From Geosiphon pyriformis uo1 (taxonomy: Eukaryota > Fungi > Glomeromycota), in the NCBI GenBank assembly GCA_016748015.1, contig JAAOMT010000534.1, positions 76,654 through 140,653 of the forward strand: a stretch of 64,000 nt of DNA, in the 5' to 3' direction. This document shows, piece after piece, positions 26,351-37,010 of this stretch. Below the pieces are notes generated by a model that ran no database searches, was not told the origin of the DNA, and was given only the letters and a program-made list of their open reading frames with translations. The position numbers and the translations under genes were made by a program. Each line of letters begins with the position of its first letter. Position 1 is the first letter of the stretch.

Positions 26351-29010
26351 TAATCAATTTAAGTGTTTGAAAATAATAAGTATTAGTTTAAAAAAAGTTT
26401 ATTTAGTAGAAGCCTTAATTTTTACAATAAATTTATTAAAAATTTGGGGTTTTTTGGTATTATTAATAATAAATCTGTGTATTTTTCAGATATAGATTTT
26501 GGTCACATGTAGAAAACACGTAAATTACATTTAATTTAAGACATTTAGATTGTTATATCGTATTAGATAGTAATTGGGCTTACATATTAATAATAATAAT
26601 AAAAAATATAGATATAAAAGTTTTTTATAAAAAATTGTCTAATATTTTAAGTTATTTAAATATAAACTACATTTATTATAGTTTAATAAAAAGTTCAAAT
26701 TATATTTTTTTGTATATTTTTAATTTTGTTGTAAAAAAACTGTTATTAATAACTGTTTTAATAAGTAAATTGTTTTAATTAATAGATTGTTAACAAATTT
26801 GTCTGTTTTATACTTGCTATATAATATTATTATTATTAATTACATTTAAATAATTATTGTTAAGAGTTTTGTTTTTAAGTATTGGTTTTTTTATTTGTTT
26901 TTAATGTTTAAAAATATCGTTAAAACTAGTTTGTGTATTGTAAATTTTGTTTATAATATGATTATATATTACAGATTAAATATTTAATTACTAAATTTTA
27001 AACTAAAGACTAAATATTAAAAAAATTAATTATTAATAATAAATTAGTTTAAATTAATGTTTATAATTTAGTTGTTTTTAGTTTTAAGAAGTTAATTTTT
27101 AAAGAAAGTTTTATAAAAGACTAGCTTTTTAGTTTTGGTTTTATTGTTAATTTATAATTGGTTTTAAATATTTTTGTAAACTTACAAAAATTATTAATAT
27201 TGTAAACATATGACTTAATTAGCTTAAGTAACTAGTTATATATAAGAAATATACAAGTCATATTTATTTGTAAATTTTTTATATTAAATTGTGCTTATTA
27301 AATAAATAAATAAAAATTAAAAAAAATTAAAAAACTTTAATATTTGTAAAAATATTAAAATTCAAATTTTTTTTATTTGATACAATTTTTTTAGAAATAT
27401 TAATTGCAATTATAATTAAAATAATCAAAACAGATTAATTAATTATATTTCTTGATAACTATTTTTAAAACTTAATAGTAAATTTAAAATATTGAATTGT
27501 ATTAATAGAAACATACATAAATATTAAAACATAACAAAATTTGTTGTTATTAGATTAAAAATACAGTAATTATTTAATTTTATTGATGTTTTTAAATTTG
27601 TCAAAATTTTTTGTATTCAATTTATAATTAAACTGATTGCTAATTTCTTATTTTTTTATTGTTAATTAATATTGTTAGATTAAATTTAATAATATAAACT
27701 ATTTTTATCAAATTTTAATACTAATTTCTATAATATATATTGTCATTTTTTGTATAAAGAGCTGTTAGTTTTTATTTGTAATAACAGATAATTCTGTTAA
27801 TAATATGTTTTTTAATAATATAATGGCCTTTTGGAAGTTTTAAGTTTCTAATATTAAGTTTAATATAAATAAAACTGTTATATAAATAGCTAATATAATC
27901 TTTAATATCAATAGTTTAAAAATAATTTTACATAAAATAACTGTTTGAGTAAATTTATTTTTATAAATTCAATATAGTTTAGTCTTAAATGGCTTAGATG
28001 GCTGGTTATATATAAAAAATACATAAATATTAGCTGTTTGTAAGATGTTATAATTTTATCTTATAGTTAGTAATAGAATTATATATTTGTTAAAGCATAA
28101 TAAAAAAATAAATTGATCAGTTAAAAAAACAATTTTGCATGTAAATATTAAGTTTTTGTAGTATTACAATTCAAAAAACTTGGAATTATATTTTTTGAAT
28201 TTTTTGTGCCAGCAATAAACTATTTTACTTTCAATAAAAGCTGTTTAAGTATAATTATGAATATCATTTAGATACTATGTTAATAAAAATTTTCAAAATT
28301 GTAAAATTGTGGCAAATCATTTAAAGAGGCACTGTTTGCTTTTCCATATTTTGGAACTAAATAATTATTTTTGAATTTCCTGGAAATCATCAATGTTTAT
28401 GAACTGAGCAAAATTGCCAAAATTTTGCTACAAAATATTTGTCTGGCCAAGCCATAATGTAAATATTTGTTCAATGTACAAAAAAATTCGGGCATTCTTT
28501 CTTTTTTAAGGTCAAGAGTACATGAATCCAAACTTTTGTTAAATTCATTTTTTCTTTTCAAAATATTGTACATTTTTGATTTTTCTATTCCAATTAATTT
28601 GCTAATATATTATTTAAAAATGTTTCATTGGCTTCTCTAATTTGACAAAGTTTAATTTTTTGAGCCAGAGTGAGATCATTGTGTTTTGGTTTTTGAGTTT
28701 GTGATGAATTTTTAATATGTGAAATCTTTCTTTTAAGATTGAGATATTAAGTTGTTCTGTCAAGTCTCCATAATTATCAAAGTAAATGGTTTAATTTTTT
28801 TTACACTATTTCAATAAATATTTATAAATTTTTAAGTCAATTAATCCGAAGTTTTGATTTATCTTCGGATTAATGAGTGACCATGTACCAGCGAAAATTG
28901 GGATCTACACTTTGTTTCAAAATACATGTACATGTATACAAATTTTAAGTCGAGGATTTACTGATAATTAAAAGTCCTTTAAAAGTTTGAAATAGATTTT
29001 ATTTTCGCCA

Positions 29011-30514
29011 ATGAAATTAATTTTAAAATTATCATTTTTGTCAGCTTTTTTATTTTTCGACTACATTTCATCCCATTCTGGAGTTTTGCCAAAACCAAAC
29101 CTATCAAAGCTTCATTCCATAAATGAAATTAAGCATTGGAATAATGCAAACCAATGTTTTATTGAAAAATCAAAGGGGATTGATTCAACTTTTTCGCCTC
29201 AAAAAATAAATCGATGGTCAAATATCTCACATTTTCAGGGTAAAAATTTTATTCCAATGACACACAGAACAATAAAAAAATGCAATATAAAATCACAGAG
29301 ACTTGATAAGTTCAACTTGAAAAATTTTACCAAATTCAAAAGAAATGAATTAAAACCACCACCCAAACGGCCCATCAGACCTGATCCATCACAGCCACCA
29401 GTATTCCCACTCCCGCAGAAAAAATTGGCTTACAAACACCAAATTCACTTTATTCGACAAATGGCGCAATATGCAAATTTCGCTTATTGTTTTCCAGAGC
29501 ATAATGAAATTGGAAAAGTCATTTGGGACCAAAATGTTATTGGTAAGTTTTCTTATTGTTTAATGAATGTATTCTCTGAATATGGATGAAATCTTGAAAT
29601 TAACTTATTTTGAATTTCCTTATCAGCCGATGCATTTCAGAGAACCTTGGAAGACACAATAATTATTGCCTACTTTCAAGGTCCTCGTTATACTAGAGAT
29701 GAATGGAAAAAACGACCAATTGATCTTTTCCCTATTGAAGTGGATAAAAATCTCCCGCAAAGACCTCTCGTGGACTCAGTGTGGCATCAGCATGTCCAAG
29801 AAATGATGCCTTCTCTTATCCATAAATTTAAAAAGTTTTGGCGAAATAAAAAAAACGAATTTCCTTGGAAGATGTATTTTGTTGGGCACGGAATTGGGGG
29901 AGGTATGAAGCTTCAAATAATGTAAATTTTATATGTTTTGAAACTCATTTATCTTTTTATGAAAGCATACGCAATTCTGGCAGCCACCTATATTCAAAAA
30001 TTGATGGTCCAAGAATTTCAGATGGATGTCTCTAAAATTTCAGTGATAACTTTTGGCGCGCCACGAGTTGGAGATTTCTATTTTGTGAGATTCTTGAAGA
30101 GAACATTCAATTATGATGGATTTATTCGCGTCACTCATTCAAATGATTGGATACCACGAGATTTTATGGCGAAAGGAAATTTTTTACATTACTACAGAGA
30201 ATTCTGGATTGAAAATCAGGATTGCGATTGCAATTTGAGTGTGCAAAAAGTAGAAGATGTGATATATAACTGTTTCGGAAGGAAATCTCTGCTTGATTTT
30301 GATGAAAACAATGTAAGGGATAAATTGTACCATACATATACTGTTTTTGGCTTGGGTTACCTTGTGAAAACTCACTGCTCTTAATTTGAAGGAATGTAAC
30401 TTAGGCACCGTGGATTCATTAGAAAATAAAGAACATGATGTTCATCTTGGCCCATATCTTGGAACAACCATGGGAAATTGTGAAGGGTTTGCGCTCGGCA
30501 AGGAAATGTATTGA
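29011..30514 (+). CDS. Secreted class 3 lipase-like protein, predicted catalytically inactive (GHGIGG)
   Basis: Exons 29011-29542, 29627-29902, 29966-30312, 30392-30514; signal peptide; AQYANFAYC, FVGHGIGGAYA, VITFGAPRVGD, RVTHSNDWIPR, HLGPYLG. Confidence 0.9.
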
Positions 30515-30943
30515 ATCTTTGCTTCTTTCTCTCAGAAAAGCTTTGGAAGGTGTTTATCTTTTATTGCAAGAAGGTTTGGCATCTTTCAGCTAAGTTTTTA
30601 TTTTAAAAAATAAGATAAAAAGGTTTTAATTAATTATGCTCTTAGAAAATTGACAATATTATTGAAGACGGGAATTTTCGTTAGCTGGGAGCTCAAAAAA
30701 GAAACAATTTATTATTTTCAATTATAAAAAACTTTAATATTTTGACTCTAATACATCACACTAGTCCGAGATTTTTTTACTAAAAGTTAAAAGAAAGTAA
30801 CCGAATTGAATCAAGTAAAGCCGCCCCATCGTCATTACTTTTAAGCCGCCTGGACTTTATTCAAAGTTCTCAAATGAAAACATTTCATAGAGTCTTTCTC
30901 CCTCATTCACTCAATTCAAACTCAGAATTATTTTAGAGATCAT

Positions 30944-31510
30944 TCAAAAATTTTTCATCGACACAACACCAAAACTTTTTGTAGCAGCAATAACTACTCT
31001 GGGAAAATAAAATTGACAGAACCGAGTTAAGGTATACGGATAAAATCGGCAATAATTATATGGATTGACGGAAAATGACGAAATTCCGGAAACCCCAGAA
31101 AGTCCATAGCGTCTTACAATGAACCGTCTGAATCGTCGAAAACCAAAGAGTGCCCCTCTGCGGCGAGCTGCTAACCTAGGGGCAATACCAACCCGACGCA
31201 TTCTAAGACGTGGCCTTCCAATTCTAATGCGCCTTATACGGATTGCTGATCCGTCAACTTCAGGCTCGGATATTTGATTGTCAATATTTAACGTTTGGAA
31301 TGCCTCACCCGCGTCATATTTCTGAAAGTCGTCTTCAAGAATATTTAATACTCCATCGTCTATATCTTCCGCAGGTTCAAATATTTCGCCAAACGTAGTG
31401 TCAGTGATAGTTTGAGAGCTTGGAAAAGAGAGAGTGGACGAAATAATAACAATTATAACCAGAAAAAATTGGAGAAATTGGAAAAAACTAAATTCGCGTA
31501 CGCAAATCAT
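30944..31510 (-). CDS. Small secreted protein: signal peptide, acidic region, Arg-rich/aromatic C-terminal half
   Basis: Single 188-aa ORF with GC-richer coding composition and hydrophobic N-terminus FFLVIIVIISSTLS. Confidence 0.8.
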   Translation of the reverse strand: MICVREFSFFQFLQFFLVIIVIISSTLSFPSSQTITDTTFGEIFEPAEDIDDGVLNILEDDFQKYDAGEAFQTLNIDNQISEPEVDGSAIRIRRIRIGRPRLRMRRVGIAPRLAARRRGALFGFRRFRRFIVRRYGLSGVSGISSFSVNPYNYCRFYPYTLTRFCQFYFPRVVIAATKSFGVVSMKNF

Positions 31511-34137
31511 TTTAACACGAAAAAGTAAATAAATTCTTTCCTAAGCTTTGTCTTCTTTGATTTAAATGAATAAGTGAGAGTGCTGAGAAATTGGTATATA
31601 GCTTTTTCTATAACTATTGGCTTATTATGAATTCATTTTATGCGTAATTTAAATGGGCGAATACTTTCAATTACAATCTTGATAAAGTGTCAATTTAATA
31701 GCCAAGATATATTTAAGACGAGCTGTTAAAATAAACTCAAATATCAATCAAAGAGTTTGCTTGCTAAATTGTCATTTATTCATCGTGTAAATGGTTCTTA
31801 ACTCATCCGGTAAATACCTTTAGTTTTAACTTTAAACTCAAGTTTAAGACACAGAAAGGCATGGTCTTTGCTTTTATCTGGCTGTCTCGACCTGTAGAAT
31901 TAATTTAAATCTTGATGCTTTGTGAAAACTTTCATTTATCATCTTAAATATTTTGCAATTAACGCGGCTTACGTAGCGAAATAAACTCAAGGGTCCGGCA
32001 AAAGTAAAAGCCAAATTTAAGATACAGTAACCGTAAATGCATCAGATAATCGATGATCAAAAGCAAACTTCTGATATCATTCATAGTGTTGTTTCGTCGA
32101 TTGTGAAAGAATTTCAAAAAATCGAAAAGTCCAAATGAGCATATTAATTTTTGAAAATTGAAATCATATCTCTCCAAGAATGCACTTGCTAAGTTTTCTA
32201 TAGCCTTTTTTCAATTCGATCAAGGCTTTGACATGTACTAATTTGGGATGCTATAAGTTTAATGTGGACACACAATATTCCGAAATTTATGGAATCTTGT
32301 AAAGGAAGCCTCGTCTATGAAGGTAATTTCATTACGACAAGAAAAGTAATTACCTTGGCCCAATTTGTAAAAGTAAATAAGATGTGCCCAAGCAATTATT
32401 CTCTTCACAATTGGCAAGTTTGACCGTTTTCAAGTAAGCCGGAGAACATTTTTCAAATAATATAGCAAAATTCAAATAAGATTTTTTTCCCCATCTTGGA
32501 CATGAAATATTTTTACACTGTACATCCCTGTTAGTAGCTCGCAAGTAATTCAAGAAAGAGGGAGCTTCATCAAAGATCATTGGCGATAGGGAATCCCATT
32601 CACTAGTGTCATTTCATCACCTTACACTATAACATAAATAATAAGTGATTAAATAGATTTTAAATGATAAAGACTATTTTTGAGAATCGTTTGGGGGATA
32701 AAATCGGCGGGGAGTAAGAAATTACACTGTATTTGAGTCCTAGAACAAGTAATGTCAAAAAATATTTAGACCTGTTTGTTAAAAATTTTCGGTCAAATTT
32801 GATAATGCAGGAGGAAAAGATCTAAATAAAAGTTATTCGACAATATCTGAAAAGTTTCCCGTTTAACAGGTCCACAAATATTTCCTTGGCATCATTAATT
32901 GCGTTAATCTATGGCTTATGAATGTTTCTTCTAAATACATCTGATTGAGTTACGATCTTATTAAATTGCAAATCTTAATCAGAAATATTCAAACACAACA
33001 ATTTGTTGATTGTACCAGACCTCCCAAAATCACAATCTCGTACTTGCGTTACTGTTCAATATTAGATTGCTATTTATTGGACCTAAAATTTTACACAAAT
33101 ATGGGAGGTTTTCTATTGGAACAGCAGAATTCAGGGTTGGGAGATGAATAAAGAGCTTATTTTTTGAGAGTTTTCAGGTACCTATTTAGTGTTGCTATAA
33201 CAGCAACCCTAAATAGCCTTTCAAGGCATTTTTCAAAGTTCATGGTATAAAAACTTGAATTAAACATACAGTAATCTTAGAATTGATTAGAATACCAAAC
33301 TTAATGTCTGAATTTAGAATAGGAACAAAATAAATCGGATAAATCTAAATTTCCTAGAAGAAAAAATTTCATCATCGAATGCCTACCTATTATGAGCAAA
33401 GAAAAAAATTTTTGTCCATGAATTCCATCGTGGAAATTTACTCTCCTATTTTTATGTTTGGGATTTCTTTCGTTTCTTCTTATTCGTATTGGATTGTGTA
33501 GATTCGAGTTTATCCAGTTAAAAAGAGTATATTGGCAAATATCATTTAATCAGTTTTTTAGAAAGAACAGGAATATAAAGAGCTTTATTTTTCGCTATGC
33601 TTAATTCTGAATAGCAAACTGGGAATCTCGTTATTTTAAATTCAAACAAAAATTTAATTATTTTTGGCTTGGACTTGAAGCCCTTTTGTTTTTCGTGATT
33701 ATTTGTCTTTTTTTATGGCCGTCAAATTCATCAATGAAAGATAAAAGTTTAGGTATCTATCGGAATTTCCAGAGATCTCAATCCTAATCAATGAAAAACA
33801 TTTGGAATAATTTGTCAAGTCTAGATACTTACAGATATATTTTTGAAATATCTTTCTGCTCTGATTTTTACTATAATATTACAAGCAAAAAGTAAATTTT
33901 AATTGAAAACAAAATAAAATTTCAACGATTTTAAAATCCAAGTTGCATTTTAATCGATAATATTAGATTTGAATAGTTTAAAGCTTATAGAATATTTAGA
34001 GTTTCTAAACATCATGTTAAAAGGGCATTTCAATTTTCCAAAAGATTCACGTTAAGGCTTCGAAAGAAACTAAAATTTTTTCGAATTTATTAAAAGATAT
34101 CTGGGATATTTTATCATCACTCATTTTGATGTTCGAA

Positions 34138-36487
34138 CTATGCTTCAGGATCAGCATCTTGCTCGGTCCCTCCTGCCGGGTCAACTTTTTTGTTTAGAGG
34201 ATAAGGACCTTGATGAATTTCAAGTGTAGCCGTTTTACATCGACTGTAGACTCGCAAGCCCAAGGTTAATTGCCATCCACCATTCTGTCGAAAATTGATA
34301 TCTTCATGATTCTCATCATCATCGTCTTCATCATCATTCTGATCACGGCCTGTTGGAAGCGAATCAATTCGTCGTCGTTTTACTTGCGCTGCTTCTGTAT
34401 CAGCAGATGCGGTGACATTTGCTAACCAGATTGATTGAATGCGTGGGACAATTTCATAAACACCCCCTTCGAGATCTACTTCGTGATTGGTACTTCGGTA
34501 ATTTTGTGGAGTCAAGAAGCTCCGGGTGAGATATGTTTTTTCGCCTGGTTTATAAACTCGGAAACGAAGTTCACATCTTTTGAAGGCAAATACTTAATAA
34601 GGTTATGATGAAGAAGGGAAATAATCGAGGAGCACAGAATTATTAAAGAAGCCTGTTTACTCGAATTTTTGGGTTCCACGTGCGTATCGATCATCTGGCT
34701 GTTGAAGGAGAATTACTACGTTTGAGGCTTCTGGCAGGGTCAAGATAAATTTCCCGTCAGATTGTGGTTCAACATTATACTTTATCCAACCAGATAGAAC
34801 ATTCCATGAATTATCAAAGATTCGACACTTGTAAAGACGATGAAAGTGTTTTAACAAATCATCATATGACATCCAGAAAGCACCGTCATTGCCAAATTTG
34901 TGATCCAATTTTGCCATATATTCCGCAGTCCATTCTTCACTCTTATCACTCCAAGCACCTTCGAACATATTTTGAAGATGAATCGTTTGGATGAATCAAT
35001 TAGAAAAACAACAAACGGTAGATCAGACTTGAAAATTCAAGAGGAAAGTTTACCTTCCCACTCATTTTGCCCATGAGGGTTTCGAACTTTTACCAATTTT
35101 TGGCCGTCAACTTCTATAACTTGTAAAATACTGTATGCATGACCTTCAACTATTCCCATGGGTTCCAAAGTTGGGTCAACTGAACGGCCGAGTCCGAATA
35201 GAACACTTTTATTGACAGCTGCTAATTCTTCGTGCCAAAATTGGTTAGGGTTCATTATGTCTTCACTATGGAAAATAGTGTATACTCCTCCAGTTAAATC
35301 TTCCAGCCCTAGATGAAAAAAGGTTAAAACACAGAGTTCAGGTGAAATCTTTTGGGAAAAAAATGAATTTACATACCTTCACCGGCTTCACCGCCAGTTA
35401 TGCTCTCATAATCCCCATGAATCTTTGCAAAGGCTTTCTCTATTAATGGCAGCCATGTTTCGTTTGGATCCAAACATTGCCTGGGAAACATGAATGTTAG
35501 GAATCATGAGTTTCCGGATAATAACAAATATTAAATTTGGGGTTCAACCTACGCAAATGCAAGTTTGTTCTGATCATTAACAAATAATTGATCATCAACT
35601 ACTGTGGATACCCAATCCCCGTCCTAAAATCAAAAATTATTATATTAGGTCTAAAATTATTTAAAAGGGATCGAGTTCAAGTCTCATACAAACCTTAAAG
35701 AAGATAAAACCATAGACCTGAAAGCGAAGAAAAAATTTCAAAATTTTTTAAAAGAAAACTCGTGGTTGAATTTTACAAAAGAATTTTTACTCGATCTGTA
35801 CCCCAACTTCTTCATCTCTAGCGACGCAAATTGTTTCCAATAAACCAGGGATATTGGCACAAGTTGAAATAGCCGATAAAAACCAGCAATCCCCAACCTG
35901 AAAAAAGAAATTTAACCACAAATCCGATGAAAAGCATTTAATTTTATTGAACAAAACTCATTATGATTTAGAATATTTTACCAAGCCTTGAACAATATCC
36001 CCTGGATGAACACCATCAGCGTAAAATCTAGGGCTCGACATAATTCGGGGGATTCTAGCGACCTTCAAATTTCCATAATCTGTAGTTTTTGCGTTATATA
36101 GTGCGGCCTCTTTGTCAGTTAAATCGAATTCTCGATCCCGAAATTTTCGATTAAGTTGGCGGCATTCTTTGGCAATCTAAATAGAGCAGGTTCAATGGCG
36201 TACATCCAGGAATTGAATTGAATTCAATAGAAAATACAAACCCTATCAACTTTCTGTCTGGTAATATTTTTTGCTTGCTCAAGATTAAAAGTAGCAGCAA
36301 CACTAATCGAATTATGGGAGGTCAAGTTCTCCTGATTCTTGATCACTCGAGCAAGTTGATTTTGTTTGATGGTACTGGCAGGAATCGTAATTGAATCATT
36401 AAGCCCGAGATCTTGAAGGTTCTCGGCAAGATCTTCAATTGGTTCTTGCGAAATTTGTTTCTGTTGAGGGTTTTTTTTGCTCGGCAT
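34138..36487 (-). CDS. Calpain A (peptidase C2 CysPc + domain III-like), catalytic triad intact
   Basis: Multi-exon; DIVQGL|VGDCWFLSA (Cys 35886-35888), ETWLPLIEKAFAKIHGDYE, EDLTGG, GHAYSI, VRNPHG, GAWSDKSEEW, DGAFWMSY. Confidence 0.92.
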
Positions 36488-36548
36488 GATGACAAGTTTT
36501 TTCAAAAAATCACCCGTATAAGGCAAGTTAACATTAAAGCCTTTTGAA

Positions 36549-36924
36549 TTTTATAAGGATAATGTATAAGGGGTACAGGTCCCTTTAAGGGTCCGTCAAT
36601 TTCTTAGGGTTTCTTCTCACATCTGCACAGATTTGGTAAGATAGTCTTCAATTTAATACAGCTAACCATTTCGAGTTCAGAAATTAGGCAAAGCCCAAAA
36701 ATATTTTGTGACCAGACTTATTTTACTTGGCCAATTAATTTGTACAAATTTCTAACAGGATGAATACCTGATCTATTTGAGCCAAATTGTGTTCTTTGTT
36801 CATTGTGTACCTTTGTTATCAACGAAATTATTATGCTCTAAATTGGGCGATATCAAAATGCATTGTGCATTTTTCGAGGTACCTTATTCTACACGTAAAG
36901 TTTAAAGGATTTGCACCTATAAAA
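36549..36924. promoter_or_regulatory. Divergent promoter of calpain A and pseudocalpain B, with outward-facing TATA boxes
   Basis: TATAAAA on the minus strand at 36549-36555 and on the plus strand at 36918-36924; ATGs at 36487 (-) and 37011 (+). Confidence 0.5.
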
Positions 36925-37010
36925 CCAATTACCGTTAAAAAATCCACAATCACCAAAAAGTTTCTCTTAGAGCTCAAGATCATAGATCTTTTACATAATT
37001 TTGTATCAAA

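Larger units (their letters stand above)
4500..28300. other. Extremely AT-rich, TE-only domain with C>T/G>A hypermutation
   Basis: Abrupt loss of G/C, no intact host gene, and recognisable TE protein motifs with D>N, E>K, G>S/N/K, W>stop and Q>stop changes throughout. Confidence 0.9.

Noticed and set aside
4500-28300. Alternative genetic code, mitochondrial insertion or endosymbiont DNA as explanation for the AT-rich block
   Set aside because: TAA, TAG and TGA all occur where Trp, Gln or Arg are expected, alongside frameshifts and loss of catalytic Asp; the content is nuclear TEs with no organellar or bacterial genes
31959-33151. Short ORFs at 31959, 32350 and 32945 (also 42578, 43476)
   Set aside because: No recognisable motifs or splice structure; several have non-ATG starts
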